Below are positions 12,316-26,226 of a stretch of DNA of 64,000 bases, one piece after another. Under the pieces are notes generated by a model that was not told where the DNA came from, did no database searches, and worked only from the letters and a program-made list of their open reading frames with translations. The position numbers and the translations under genes were made by a program. Origin of the DNA: Octopus sinensis (lineage: Eukaryota); contig NC_042998.1 of the NCBI RefSeq assembly GCF_006345805.1, forward strand, positions 29,264,001-29,328,000, written 5' to 3'. How positions within the stretch are numbered: the stretch's first letter is position 1; each line of letters opens with the position of its first letter.

Positions 12316-12335
12316 ACATGCATACACACACACCC

Positions 12336-12399
<64 letters not shown>

Positions 12400-13414
12400 T
12401 TACTACCCACAAGGGGCTAAACACAGAGGAGACAAACGAGGACAGACAAAGGGATTAAGTCAACTACAACGACCCCAGTGCGTAACTGGTACTTAATTTA
12501 TCGACCCCGAAAGGATGAAAGGCAAAGTCGACATACATGCGTGTGTGTGTGTGTGTGTGTTGTGCGTATGCGTGTGTACATATATATGTTTATGAACATC
12601 TGTGTGTGTAGAAAGCCAACTTTCCAGAATAGCGTGCCACATCTTGCACACTTCTTATACTCAAGTATGAAGATACTCATGCGGAAAAAAAATTTATAGA
12701 CTCAAAGACTACTTGAACAAAATGCACAAGCCTTACCAAAGCTATTTCAACTGTAAAACTGATAATCCGGCATTGAGAGTCCGACGTAGTAATGCCAATG
12801 AGCAAGTGGAAATAAGGAAATATAGGAACGAGTGAAACCATTTCTGATTAATAAAACATTCTGACACTATGGATTGATAAGAAAACTAATATCGGCTCTG
12901 CATTCCTAAATACTTCAAAAGGAAATGTTTATCTGTGTTGTTATTTTGGTACCAAACCCATTGTCGTATAAAATTCAATGGCCACATGCTAAGGCGTACG
13001 ACTGCAATAACATAACAAATTCGTAATTTCGTTGTTTACAAGCTTGAATTGTATTCCGGAAATATCAATAGTGTTGATAAAAAAAATTATCTGATATAGA
13101 GATTAAGTTGGTTAACATAAATGTTCTAAATGTTTATGTTACATAATTGAGCGAGATAAAGCCACTCCCCAAATCCAGAGAAACCTTAATAACAACTGTC
13201 AAAATGTATTTTCGAAACGTCACTGGGTTACCAAAAATGTTCCCTGAGCGAAACTACTCGAAAGAATGACCCAAAGGAAAAGTACGTCACGTAAAAATAT
13301 ATATAAGATTATACACAGGTATTTTCCCCAGAAACTTAAGAGTGAAATGATGCCTATGCCACCCCCACCCCAAATAACTTATTTAACTTATTTGTGACTG
13401 TTAGATTTTTACTG

Positions 13415-13676
13415 CATTCAACCCTCCAACGCGGAGTATAGGCCACTTATAATTGAATTCCATGTCGCATAATTTTTCGCTTCTGTACTAATACTCTGCC
13501 AGGAATGTCCCCCTTTCTCTAGTTCCTTTTGTGTTGATCTACACCACGAGTTCTTAGGCCTACCTCTCTTTCTATATCCATCCGGCTTCCACTGTAAAGC
13601 ACTTTTCGCTACATTTCGTGCATCTTTTCTAACTGTGCTACCAATCCACTTCTACGTTTTTTTAAATATTTGCTCC
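13415..13676 (-). mobile_element. RTE-clade LINE 3' fragment (ORF2 C-terminus)
   Basis: Minus strand translates WIGSTVRKDARNVAKSALQWKPDGYRKRGRPKNSWCRS..W..EAKN..W, the typical RTE C-terminal RGRP motif. Confidence 0.85.
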
Positions 13677-13904
13677 CTAATCGTGAGTTAAGTCTCTGTT
13701 ATTCGAAAAACAAATCTGTCTGATAAATAAGAATTGCAATGCTTAAACTCGCAAGCCATTGAAAATGTCGATTATGCTACATAACTGCATTACTTATATA
13801 ACGGCTAGTTGTCTAAATAAGTTATGAAAACACTCTATTCTTCTGAAGTGTGAATTTGTCGCTAAAAACTTACCATGCTATCCGGAGAATGGAATGATTA
13901 TGAT

Positions 13905-14600
13905 AAAGAGTGAACTCCAGAAGTTTTGAGACTTTTGCAAGAGAGAAATTAATTTCAATGAAGTACAAAAATTTTCTTCAAAGTAGGATTTTTTTTATCT
14001 AAAGCACTCCTTGTAGCGCTTTAGCCTCAACCTGAAGGCCCCATGGAAGTCATTCAACAGAGAAAATATTCAGAACACCTGTCATAGCAAACGTCATCTT
14101 CAGTTTTGGATAACAACCAAAAGTTTCAGAGAACGATGTATTGACTCTGGAGAGAGTGAGGGACAGTCTTGATTCCCATCAAGTAATTGGTTACCAGGAT
14201 GAATTTGGGAACTGGTGAATTATTCTGGTGCTAGCAATCTAGCCTTCTGCAAAGAAATCTTTCTCTGAACTCTCTCAAGATCTCCACAAAGTTCTCGTTG
14301 TTGACCGTCTTACCAAGGAAACCCAGTGGTTGTAACTGAAACCTTTACTGTCCAAAAAAGGGGTCATATTAAGCTCCCCATCGGACTTACTTTATCTGGC
14401 TTCTTGTACCAGCGAAAAACAGATGTTCGGCTCATAAAAGTTAATCCATAAATAGTCTGGAGCATTTCAGACCTTCCTGAAGGGATTTTGCCCAGTTTAA
14501 CACAAAGCTATTTTTCTCAGACAAGTATTTGTGGGGGAACATGCATCAAAACACCTCACTAATGCAAATCACAGGCCTGATATAGATGGCCAATAGGTAT
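13905..14600 (-). mobile_element. Highly degraded Tc1/mariner-like remnant
   Basis: TIR-like ccagaagttttgagact end and decayed transposase-like sequence; no intact motif. Confidence 0.35.
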
Positions 14601-14958
14601 GCACATTTATCTCATAATTATGAAGAAGAATATTTATTCTTGACAACGACAGCAATTACAACAACCATTTCTTTCTCCGCCAGAACATCGTTTCTCGCAC
14701 ATCTCTTCTCCCCTCATGTCTTTCCAGCAGGTGTTCACTTGTAATAGTGTAAACGTCATAAAACTCACCTGTCTCTGTAAGGCTTGCAAGTGTCACGAGG
14801 AATTCCTCTTCCTCCAGTTTAAGCAAATTAAGATAAAATTAAAAGCTCGGAATCTACGAAATACCAAACAGGATTATGGGTTTACAGTTGTACCCAATGC
14901 CACTGGCCCACCTGATTATGTTAGTAAGTATTTAAATAACAGTTTTAACCAGGTAGGG

Positions 14959-15250
14959 CAGTAGTTCCCAAAGTGGGTGGTATTGCCCCACCCCCGGGGC
15001 GATACAATGTTCCAAGGGGGCGTTGAAAAAAAGTGGGGTGATTATGGGGTAACGGTTCGTGTAAAAATTTGGGTGATAATGGGGTAGTGATTCATGTAAA
15101 AGCAACAAAATAATGGGTTCATTAGGTTAAGTTTTATTTGTGTAATACAATTGCTTTGAATTTTTTGAGAAAGAGGTCTATGCCTGTGATGGTCAGTCGG
15201 AGGAAGGGCGGTAGGAATGTGGTCTGGATGTCAAGGAGTCGGAACCACTG
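14959..15250. mobile_element. hAT (Charlie-type) MITE
   Basis: Ends cagtagttcc..ggaaccactg with 8-bp TSD aggtaggg/aggtaggt. Confidence 0.85.
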
Positions 15251-15712
15251 AGGTAGGTTTAGGTAAGAGAAGATTCTGTAAGTTCAATCCGTGTGAGAAA
15301 TAATGAAATAGTCGAAATATACAAACATTCCTAAAATTATTTGGTATTGATGACTATGGTGACTAGGGAGTTGCTTTTTCATTAGATACTGGGCCCAACT
15401 TATTGAAATGCAACAAATAATTAAAATGCAGTTATTCATTCATATATTGCAAATAATGAAAACTGAAGCGATTGCACATTCTGACTACCAAATATAACGC
15501 ATTACTTGGCAAATACAAATTGTTAGATCAATATTTTGGCCATACTGGGAAAATCACTTAAAAGATCACTTCATCTTCAACTCCAACCATAATGGTCGGA
15601 AAATTAAAGAAATTAAGGAGTCAAAATATCAAGTGAGAAAGTAAGAAAGACGGTAGAGGAAAGGAGCAAAAGTGTGAGAACTGACAAAGAATAAGAGAAG
15701 CAGAAGAGAAAA

Positions 15713-15750
<38 letters not shown>

Positions 15751-16181
15751 AAAGATATACAGAGAGACCAATCCCTCTACAGTGCGCAATCAAACCATCA
15801 TGTTCTCTCTCTCTCTCTCTCTCTCTCTCTAAACTCTTTTTCTCTCACACTGTAAATCTTTTCCAAAATGCTGTAACACACCACTGTTCCCTAGACAGTA
15901 GTCTCTCTGATCCTGCAATACATGTCTGTCCCATTCACCCATAATATCTTAAAGCTGATAGGGACAGCTATTGGTAATCACCTCTCTCCTTCATCTGTGA
16001 TTACTTTTATGAATTTCTTAGCGCCAGATCGACTTGGCAATCTCTTCGTTATATCACTCACAAGTTGTGTCTTCCTCTTTGAGTGAAAAATTCACATCAC
16101 TATTTTAATTTGCTGTTTATAGACGTACAAACACAAGCTAGATTTTCTCTACGACGAACACTGCTTTCATAAATAAGGAAT

Positions 16182-16568
16182 TGGTGTGGAAGCACTCCGT
16201 CGGTTACGACGACGAGGGTTCCGGTTGATCCGATCAACGGAACAGCCTGCTCGTGAAATTAATGTGTAAGTGGCTGAGCACTCCACAGACACGTGTACCC
16301 TTAACGTAGTTCTCGGGGATATTCAGCGTGACACAGAGAGTGACAAGGCCGGCCCTTTGAAATACAGGTACAACAGAAACAGGAAGTAAGAGTGAGAGAA
16401 AGGTGTGGTGAAAGAGTACAGCAGGGATCACCACCATCCCTGCCGGAGCCTCGTAGAGCTTTAGGTGTTTTCGCTCAATAAACACTCACAACGCCCGGTT
16501 TCGGAATCGAAACCGCGATCCTACGACCGCGAGTCCGCTGCCCTAACCACTGGGCCATTGCGCCTCCA
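16182..16568 (-). mobile_element. SINE family C, full length, tail variant 2
   Basis: tRNA-like head tggcccagtggttagggcagcggactcgcgg; TSD aaataaggaat on both sides. Confidence 0.92.
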
Positions 16569-16779
16569 CGAAATAAGGAATACCCTTCAATGGGACCATG
16601 TCGACTTCATTTCTTTCAATAGCGCAAACATACAATCCTTATACAAATCAAAGAAACAGCCTTGTCCTTCACCTCTCAAGGATTTGAAAATGCTTCATGC
16701 AATAACTCGAATAGTCTACATGCTGCAAGTGTTATGTACATTACAGTTCTATCTATGCGCGTGTTCGAGTTGCTGCCGA

Positions 16780-16990
16780 GGTGGCGAGCTGGGAGTAGCA
16801 TTAGAACGTCGAACACAATGTTTAGCGGTGTGTAGTCAGTCTTCACATTCTGAGTTCAAACTAGATCGGGTGTCAACTTCGCCTTTCATCCATTCGGGGT
16901 CGATAAAATAAGTGCCAGTTGATCACTGGGGTCGATATAATCAACTTATCCCCTGCTACAAAATTCCAGGCCTTGTATTTATAATAGAAA
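16780..16990 (+). mobile_element. Old SINE family A (tail2)
   Basis: Diverged consensus match. Confidence 0.75.
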
Positions 16991-17024
16991 GGATAGCTGA
17001 GTTGCTGCTGTTCCTTATATAATA

Positions 17025-17319
17025 CTAGCAGTATGGCCCGGCGTTGCTCGGGTTTGTAAGGGAAATAACTATATAAGCATTTTTAGAGAGTTATAGCCAA
17101 AAAATAGCAAAAAATGCATTAAAAATGGAAAAAAAATTATGGTAATTTTTTTTAAAATCGTAGACTCATCGTAGACGCGCGCTAATACCCAGAAGGGCTC
17201 GATATGAATCACGACTATAAGATACCCGGTTTTGGTTAAACTGCACCGCAAAATGTGGGAGTAGTTAGGAATCTAATTCGTAGGAGACAGACACACAACC
17301 TTACTTTTATATATAAAGA
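17025..17319 (-). mobile_element. Non-autonomous Helitron, family H2
   Basis: TC..CTAG termini on minus strand; 3' hairpin shared with H1; different interior. Confidence 0.8.
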
Positions 17320-17512
17320 TGTAAAAATATTACCGACAAACTACAACTCCTAGCTTAATGATAGATGTCACATTTGTAGATTACTGTTCATCTGAATGAA
17401 TAACCTTGCATCTCTCATCTTTTCCACGCTGTCGCAGTTTAAATCCAAACTTTTCTTGAAACGTTAAACTCGATTCGTTCCCCAGGAAATAGTTTATATA
17501 ATACATGCCTAC

Positions 17513-18440
17513 GTGGCGAGCTGGCAAACACGTTAGCACGCCGGGCGAAATACTTGGCGGTATTTCGTCTGCTGCTACGTTCTGAGTTCAAATTTCGCCG
17601 AGGTCGACTTTGCCGTTCATCCTTTCTGGATCGATAAATCAAGTACCGGTTGCGTACTGAGGTCGATCTAATCAACTGGCCACTTCCAAAATATAGGGTC
17701 TTGTGCCTAGAGTAGAAAAGAATAAAGGCGGTGAGCTAGCAGAAAAGGTAGCACCCCGGGCGAAATGCTTAGCGGTATTTCGTCTGCAGTTTCGTTCTGA
17801 GTTCAAATTCCGCCGAGGTCGACTTTGCCTTTCATCCTTTCGGGATCGAGTAAATAAGTACCAGTTACGCACAGGGGTCGATATAATCGACTTAATCCGT
17901 TTGTCTGTCCTTGTTTGTCCTCTCTGTGTTTTGCCCCTTGTGGGTAGTAAAGAAATCGGTATTTCATCTTTTACGTTCTGAGTTCAAATTTCGCCGAGGT
18001 CGACTTTGCCTTTCATCCTTTCGGGGTCGATAAATTAAGTACCTGTTAAGTTCTGGGGTCGATCTAATCAACCACCCCCCGTCCCCCAAAATTTCGGGCC
18101 TGTTGCCTAGAGTAGAAAAGTATGTAATACATGTCTCCATTTTGAACTTACATTCAAATAGCCCCTCGCACCCATGAGGGTACGTTTATGCGAACAGACT
18201 AGCTGCGAGAAGCAGCAAATTCTATCTTAGGGTATTGGTTTCAAAATTTGGCACAAGGCCAGTAATGTCGGGAAGGGGGCAAGTCGGTTACACCGACCCC
18301 TGTACTCTACTGGTACTTTATTATCAACCCCAAAAGGGATGAAAGGCAAAGCCGACCCCGGTGACATTTGAACTTTATTCTTTTACTCTTTTACTTGTTT
18401 CAGTCATTTGACTTCGGCCATGCTGGAGCACCGCCTTAGT
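17513..18440 (+). mobile_element. SINE A cluster (17513-17724 tail2; 17727-18120 compound tail1+tail2; degraded minus copy 18235-18375; SINE B tail 18378-18438)
   Basis: Three central domains in tandem. Confidence 0.88.
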
Positions 18441-19650
18441 AACAAATAAATAAATAAATAAATAAATAAATAAGGGGGCACATAAATAATGTAGTCTTAG
18501 ATTTAATTAAAAACGTGATGGTTATGAATGGAACGCTTGTTATCGCAGGCCTGGAACGATCGTGGGGTGGAACCTGCAGTTAAATTACGGCAAAAACACC
18601 CAAACGTTCGGAACAAGAATTAATGCCGTAGTATTGTCGTTGTTTCTAGTTTAGTGGTGGACGAGATGTTAGTAACTACCAACTCTCATCTGATTGAGTT
18701 ATTGATGTTGATAGTATTGGTATATAATAGTGTTCTTGTTATCGTTGTTGTTGTTGTTGATGTTATGCTAGTATAAGAGAGTTTTCATTTTTATTTATAT
18801 GACGATACGATAGCAGCGGTCTTGTCGCTGATAGTGATGGTGGTGGTGGTGGTGATTGTGGATGGCTAGCAACAACTATCAAATCTTATTTCAGTCACTC
18901 ATACTTATCTGGTATCAAAATATTCCATTTATTTTCGTTTTTCTCGTATGTTTTCTCTCTCTTTCCTGCTTTATCTAATTATCTATCTTCTGTTTTTTTT
19001 TTCTGCATTACTTCTAGCCAGCATTACAGTGTATAAAAAAAGACAAGCCAGTTACAATGTAGGTTTGGTTGTGTAGCTTAGTTTCTGAGATAGGTAGGTC
19101 GTAGAATAACGATACGAGAGAGAGAGGAGAGGAAGGCGAAGCAGCACATCTTAAACTATTGCGGATCGATAGGTCCGACGTTAGTAGAGATCGATAAAAT
19201 AGAAAACAAAAACCAAAAAAAAAAAAAGAAACGAAAAGAAAGATGGGAGAAAATAGAGGCAAAGCAGCGCAGTCAGCTAAAGTTAGAAGCAGACGAAACT
19301 GCAAGTCTTTTTGATATATCCTCCTTGCTATTCCAACTCCACCGCCAACCAAGTTGTGTTATGAAGCATTATTCCACTACTACAGAATTCTTGCTTTTAT
19401 TTGTTTTGTTTTTTTTTTAGCATGCAATCATGCAACCTGACAAACACACATACGTTTGCATACATATATCTACACATTTTTATTTCATACACCCACATTA
19501 TCACCACACAGACTTATTCTGTAGCATATGCAATTATACTACTGCACATCAGACACTCACAAGCTCCCACAAGCACACACAAGAAACAGACAAACATACA
19601 CATTTCCTCGTCGCCTCGCTTTCTGTCTTTCACTGGGCTTACCGTTTCTC

Positions 19651-20062
19651 TCTCACTTTTAATATTCACCAATTCTTCATTATTTGCTACTCACACACAA
19701 ACACACCGACTCATACACTACCCCTCACGAACTCTCTCTTCCTCTCTCAGTTTTTATTTTCCCTCACATCACTTCTTACTTTCTTTAACTTTCTATCTAT
19801 CACTTTTGCTTTCTCTCTCTCTCTCTTTATTTCTCACTCTTTTACTTTTACTATTTACCAGTTCTTCAGTATTTGCTACTCACACACAAACACACATACT
19901 CACATACTCCCTCTCACGAACTCTCTCTTCCTCTCTCCGCTTTTACTTTCCCTCACATCTCTTCTTACTTTCTCTAACTTTCTGTCTATCACTTTTACTT
20001 TCTCCCCCCTCCTCTCTCTCTCTCTATCTCTCTCTCTTTATATCTCACTCTTTTACTTTTAA
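19651..20062. repeat. ~185-210 bp tandem duplication in CT-rich low-complexity DNA
   Basis: ttcttca.tatttgctactcacacacaaacaca..ccctc.cgaactctctcttcc unit present twice, with the start of a third. Confidence 0.85.
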
Positions 20063-21962
20063 CTCTTGCTACTCCCACTATAACATTCCCTTGCTCTTCT
20101 CACCAATTCTCTCGCCTCTTAGATCGCTTCTATCGCTTTTATACTCTCCTGTTTTGACACGCACAAACTAACACAATTCCATTTTCTTCTTTCTATCACT
20201 CTTTCTTTCCTTCTACCTCCCTTACTTTTACTCCTTTTTTCCTCTTTCATATTCCACCCCTTTTCGTCCACCACCTCATATCAAACATTCAGCATCATAC
20301 TTTTCATCTTTTTCTACTCATTAACTTTCTTGCCCATAGCAACATCTCTCCGTTTGCTCTTTCTCATTCCCTTCCTACACATCTCCTCAAAACTATTTTC
20401 CTCTTTCTCATTTCCGCTTGCTCATATATCATTTGTTTCTCTTCTCTTTCTCCTGCATTTTCCCCCCACATCACTCCACCTACAACTCATATGTATTGTT
20501 AATTCTCTCATCCATCTCTGAAAAACCTCTCCTTGTTTCTATTTCACTGTAACCTTCTGTAAATCTCTGTCTCTCCTCTCCTTTCTATAGTTTAATGAAA
20601 CTCCAAGCTAGGTTGTCTGAAGGACGTGACCCAGCATTTCACTTTACAAATGATTTTACACTACATAAGCCACTTCCCCAACATTCAATGAAAGCCACTT
20701 CTCTGACTGCGCTAATAACTACTCTCCTATAAGACACAGGCACCGTAACTTACCATTTCAATTCAAACGGCACCACCCGACAGTTATGAGACTGTGCTTT
20801 ATTAAAACAATACATTCCCAGTTTACATGTTGTTTACATATTGATACCAAGAATTATTTTTTTCGTCTTCACTTGCAAAACCAGAGAGCGGTGTTCTAAT
20901 TCGCGTCGTACGAATGAGAAATTATCTGAAAATAATTTTAGGAAAGCCATGAACGTCCTAACTTCTCATTCGTTAGTTCACAATAAGTCTAAGCCTAACC
21001 CTCTCTCCACTATCTTCATCGCTTAGTTTTCTCAATGTTACTACTACCATGCATGACCAACACATCGAAAATTATCAGCGCTTTTCTAACTAGGACTCTC
21101 TCCGTAAGTTGTTCCAACCAGCTCATTTTCTTGCTTTCTCTTCACCACGCACGCCTCTTCCATTATACCTTCACAAATAAATATATACACGTGTGTGTAT
21201 ATACACATGTATGTATGTATGTATGTATGTATGTATATGTATGTATGTATGTATGTATGTATGCATGCGTGTCAGCGAATGCATGTTTATATGTGTGTCT
21301 ATACACACACATATACACATGCACAAGCGCACACTTACTTTGTGATGCTGCCATCAACAACTTCACCTTCCTCTTATCTCTCTCCACCTGTTTCCAACCA
21401 CATCATTCTCACCGTTTTCTATTCATCCCACAACATCACCCACATACTACATACACCGTAGCATTAGTTCTGTGCACAGTTTCCCAGACTTCTACTCTCA
21501 CTGCCACTTTGCAACACTCACTGGAACATACACTGCTGCTGTCACTGCCACAACCACTACCAACACCACTCCAATCATCAACAGCATTATAGCCTCTGCC
21601 ACCACAGTCCCAGATATTGCATTCGCCACCGTAAAAACAGAAAGCAGAGAGGAGTATACATCGCCAGCCTCTACATTAACGGAATCCCCATCAACACCAT
21701 CGCCAGTACAGATAAACTTTTATCATCATTACCATCAATAAATATACAGCATTATCACTGCCAGCATCACCATCGCTACAAGTGCGATGCTTGTAACACT
21801 GCCTACTACTACCCTTACCATTTGCGTCAATACCAGCAACTTACACAACACTAACAGATACACCCCCACACACGTAAACACATACAGATGCACTCATACG
21901 AGCACGGCAAATAAATACCAAACCTACGATGACGACGACGATGATGATGGTTATATTAAATA

Positions 21963-22331
21963 CTAGCAGTATCGTCCGGGCTTGCTCGGGTTTGTTTCGA
22001 CCCTTTAGAATTGCAATTTTTGAAAATTAAAAATTTTGTATTATGTAGCTTGTTATTCTCTTTAAGTGGACATTTTTCTGGTTGAAATACACGGCATTCG
22101 TAGAAAATAAGGATTTTCATAGAAAAAAAAGCACCGTTTTGATGTAAATAATTTTTGGTGTTAACATGGTCCCATTTGAATTTTTTCTTCGACTTAAGGA
22201 AGAACAAGCCTTCTTCTATCATACTATCAATTTTGGTCAACTTGCGCCGCAGGGTCTCGGAGGAGACAATGTTAGTTGAAGGCTACCAAACCTGCTATAC
22301 ACAGACAACTTCAACTTTATATATAGAGAGA
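21963..22331 (-). mobile_element. Non-autonomous Helitron H1
   Basis: Reverse complement of 9685-10079. Confidence 0.85.
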
Positions 22332-22602
22332 TTACCGTACTGCTGCCACCCGCAATTACTGCGCCTATATATACTCATCTGGTCTACCAGAAATAGCAGT
22401 CAAATCTTCCACACGCCACACCCTACCAACTTACGCATGGCAATATTTATTAGTGTAATCTTACCGTTTAAAAGACAGGACAGTCATAGTTGGAATGTTG
22501 TTGATCATAAGGCGATGAGGGAGGAGTGTAAACAACGACTGCAACATTACTAGTAATACCATTTCAGATTTGAACACTTGTCCGATAAGTTCTATTATCT
22601 GT

Positions 22603-22830
22603 CTCTTTATTACCCACAAGGGGCTAAACATAGAGTGGACAAACAAGGACAGACAAACGTATTAAGTCGATTACATCGACCCCAGTGCGTAACTGGTACT
22701 TAATTTATCGACCCCGAAAGGATGAAAGGCAAAGTCGACCTCGGCGGAATTTGAACTCAGAACGTAGCAACGGGCGAAATACCGCGAAGCACTTCGCCCG
22801 GCATGCTAACGTCTCTGCCAGCTCGATGCC
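22603..22830 (-). mobile_element. SINE family A
   Basis: Consensus match; TSD ataagttctat.atc. Confidence 0.9.
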
Positions 22831-24059
22831 TTAATAAGTTCTATAATCACTTACGTTCATCACCGTTGTAAGTTTTTCAGTCTTACATGACCACCCCCTA
22901 TGAATTATACGACCAAGCTTTACACTTCCAATTCCATTATAATTGCATAAATTAATCACTTGACATATCAAGCTGTGGATGTCTCTTAGTTGTTGACAAA
23001 TGTTCCTCAACCGACCTAATGAAATAGGCCTCCATGTGGTTACCAGAACTACTAGATATAGAACCGAAATCCTACTCAAGTCTAGAAATCGCCGTCTTTA
23101 AAACGGACGGGAATATTGGCCATTTAGCCCTGAGTAGAAAACGGGGCACCTTAGTGATAGAAGACTGGCGCTGAATTAACCATTAAGCCAAATAGGCATG
23201 TGATTCGGTGTCATCAGAGGAAGTCGGGGACAACACAGAAATGGTAAAGGGTTTACGGCACAAAAGAAATCGCTTGAAACTTGCAAAAATGATATTCAAA
23301 GTGATTTATATGAGCGGAAATATAATTTCCGGCCCATGCTGTCATGGTGAGGATCTGATCAAAGAATTTGAAATTAAAAAAGTTGGAGAAAATTATTTGA
23401 ATACAAAAATAACCAAATTTCCAACTTCCTGTTGGTTCTGTTTTATTTTGAAAGATATAAATTCATTTTATGGTTTATTATTGTTTATATTTTGAGTTAC
23501 ATATATATGGGTATACGGGAGACTTGAACTCAAAGTGTAGAACGTTTGGCTGCCTATCTGACATTCTAGCGTATTACAACATTACATCAAACTATTTCGC
23601 TGAAAATTAAACTTATATCTGGTCCAATATGCCACGCTACGTTATATTAAGCGAGTCAAAGAAGAAAGGACCTTTGCTTAGTGGATTTGGCTGCTAGAAG
23701 AAGTAGCGAAGTCTTGAGTCGACAAGCAAGCTTCTGTGTAGTTACTCATCTTGTCCGAAAGTATGACCCTGGGTTCCGTGCACAAAGGGAAAATAATAGT
23801 CAATATTATCATAAATTTGCTTGATCACAGATGACTTGATGACAAACAATGAAAACAAATAACAATATCTCTTTGAAATTCCATCCTTTTTTTATAGGGT
23901 TACATTGGACAATGCAGTGCTCGATATACGAAACAATAGGCTTGTCATGTCAGGAAGGATTTCCATCATCTGTCGAGAAGATTATGGGTAACTTTGGTTA
24001 AATGTCATCAACAAATGACAGCACAGCAACACAATGTTACATTGTATTATGTTTGTCTT

Positions 24060-24296
24060 TTATCTGTTACGCGTCTCAGTCATTAGATTGTGGCCATACT
24101 GGAGCACCGTTTTGAAGCGTTTTAGTTACAGTCCAAGGAATCGATCCCTGTACATACATATTTTTTTAAAGCGCTTGGTTCTTATTCTATCTGAGACTTT
24201 CACCGAACTGCTAAGTCACTGAATGTAAACAAACCAACACCGGGTGTCAAGCGGTGATGATGGAAGACACGAATACAAAGACACATAAACACATCC

Positions 24297-24329
<33 letters not shown>

Positions 24330-24495
24330 ATACGATGGACTTCTTTCTGCTTACGTCTACCAAATCCACTCACAAGGCTTTGGGCGGCCCGAAGGTATAC
24401 TAGAAACACTTGCCCGAGGTGCCACTGAGTGGGACCGAATCTGGTTTTATGAGGTTTGGTTGGGAAGCAAACTTCTTACCACACTGTCACACCAC
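24060..24495 (-). mobile_element. SINE family B (diverged)
   Basis: Consensus match. Confidence 0.8.
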
Positions 24496-24564
24496 AGTGC
24501 AGCACACTTTTATAAGTTTAAGTTCTTCAATGTATTGTACAGAAAGACTTCAGCCATCCTCATT

Positions 24565-24815
24565 CCTCATCTCACAGAATAGTCTTAATGGTAAAAATTT
24601 CAATTCCGTGGGTGACGTAAAAAGATACCTTGATGAATTCTTTGCCATGAAACCTCCTCAATTCTGGGAAGAGGATATTTTCAAGTTAAAGGAAGATGGA
24701 GACGCATTGTGCAACAAAATGGTTCATATTTGGTTGGTTAAAATGTAATGGCAAGTATTTATTGACATTTTTCTTTCCTTTAAACATCGGTACGAACTTT
24801 CCGGACAACCGAATA
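24565..24815 (+). mobile_element. Mariner 3' fragment
   Basis: QNSLNGKNFNSVGDVKRYLDEFFAMKPPQFWEEDIFKL followed by TIR-like gaactttccggacaacc.aata. Confidence 0.8.
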
Positions 24816-24997
24816 CTAACAACAATGAAGGGGAGTTGTATATGATCGCTCTATCTGCTACGAATAGCAGTTAAATATTCTTCAAAGTACATTCTATTGC
24901 TTCAAAGTAGGAAGGACATATTTAAGAATATAACCCTACGTACACAAAAGAACGGGATGCTTAGAACTGGAAATGTCTTTGATCGTTGATCTCTTTG

Positions 24998-25097
24998 NNN
25001 NNNNNNNNNNNNNNNNNNNNNNNNNNNNNNNNNNNNNNNNNNNNNNNNNNNNNNNNNNNNNNNNNNNNNNNNNNNNNNNNNNNNNNNNNNNNNNNNN
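24998..25097. other. Assembly gap (100 N)
   Basis: N run. Confidence 1.
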
Positions 25098-25300
25098 GAA
25101 ATCTTGTTAAGGAGAGGGCCTTTGGCGAACAAGATCTCTAGGCTCTCCGAAATGCAAAGGTCAAAGCAGGTATGGCCTCCTGTGTACGAACGCGCCTTCT
25201 GTAGTAGTTTCCACTGGTCTTGAAAGGGATGGAGTTCCTTTTAAGGTACCATGTGGGGCGGCGAGGGTAGTTTGATGGATTTATCCGGTCGCCGGAACGA

Positions 25301-25798
25301 GTGTGTGTGTGTATGTATGTGTATGTGTGTATGTGTGTGTATGGGTATGTATGTGTATGTGTTGTATGTGTCTGTGTGGGTCGTGTGTGTGTATATATAC
25401 ATGTGTGTGTGTATATGTATGCATGCATATGTGTATGTATGTATATGTATATATAATAGATATATATATGTATGTAGATATATGTATGTATATGTGGTGT
25501 GTATATATATATATTATATGGGTGTGTGTGTATGTATGTGTATGTGTGTGTATGTGTGTGTATGTATTATGGTGTATGTGTGTGTATGTGTATGTGTGGG
25601 TCGTGTGTGTATATATACATGTGTGTGTGTGATATGTATATGCATGCATATGTGTATGTATGTATATGTATATATATATATATATATATAGTATGTAGAT
25701 ATATGTATGTATATGTGTGTGTGTATATATATATAATATATATATATATATTATGGGTTGTGTGTGTATGTATGTGTGTATGTATATTGTGTGTGTGT
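25301..25798. repeat. Compound TG/TA microsatellite with ~220 bp higher-order duplication
   Basis: gtgggtcgtgtgtgt..atgcatgcatatg occurs at ~25376 and ~25596. Confidence 0.8.
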
Positions 25799-26018
25799 TG
25801 AGAATTTCCTTATTTACCTAAAACTCTATTCTTCTTATATTTTTGTATTTTATTCTTTTTTTATTCTTTTATTTATTCTTCTATCTAATTTACCACTGAC
25901 TCCTTGACACCACTCCCCAAGTATGATTTTTTTGCGCTATGCCTACCCCCAAAAATTCCCCCACCACCACCCTAATAAACCTGCCTAAATGTATAAATGC
26001 AATAAATTCTTGTTAACT

Positions 26019-26069
26019 AGCTTCCTGAAGAGTTCTCTTGAATGAAACCGTTCTAGTCCTGTAGAAGCT
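26019..26069 (+). ncRNA. Type I hammerhead ribozyme motif
   Basis: agcttc-CTGAAGA-gttc(tctt)gaat-GAAAC-cgttctagtcct-GTA-gaagct; 6-bp stem I. Confidence 0.75.
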
Positions 26070-26157
26070 CCTTCTATATAATAAATTAATTTTACTCTGC
26101 TATGTATTAAGTACCTTATTTCTGTGGTTAACCCCGAATCACCCCGGGACTACATAT

Positions 26158-26226
<69 letters not shown>

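Noticed and set aside
19401-20171. Longest ORFs (256 and 210 aa)
   Set aside because: They come from CT/CA-rich low-complexity DNA with a tandem duplication; stops are absent because G is scarce.
21472-21741. Thr/Ser-rich mucin-like ORF
   Set aside because: Lies in decayed ACC/ACT triplet sequence with no convincing splice or start context.
25138-25801. Overlapping YI/CV/HT-rich ORFs (also 39978-40597 and many others)
   Set aside because: Translations of TA/TG microsatellites.
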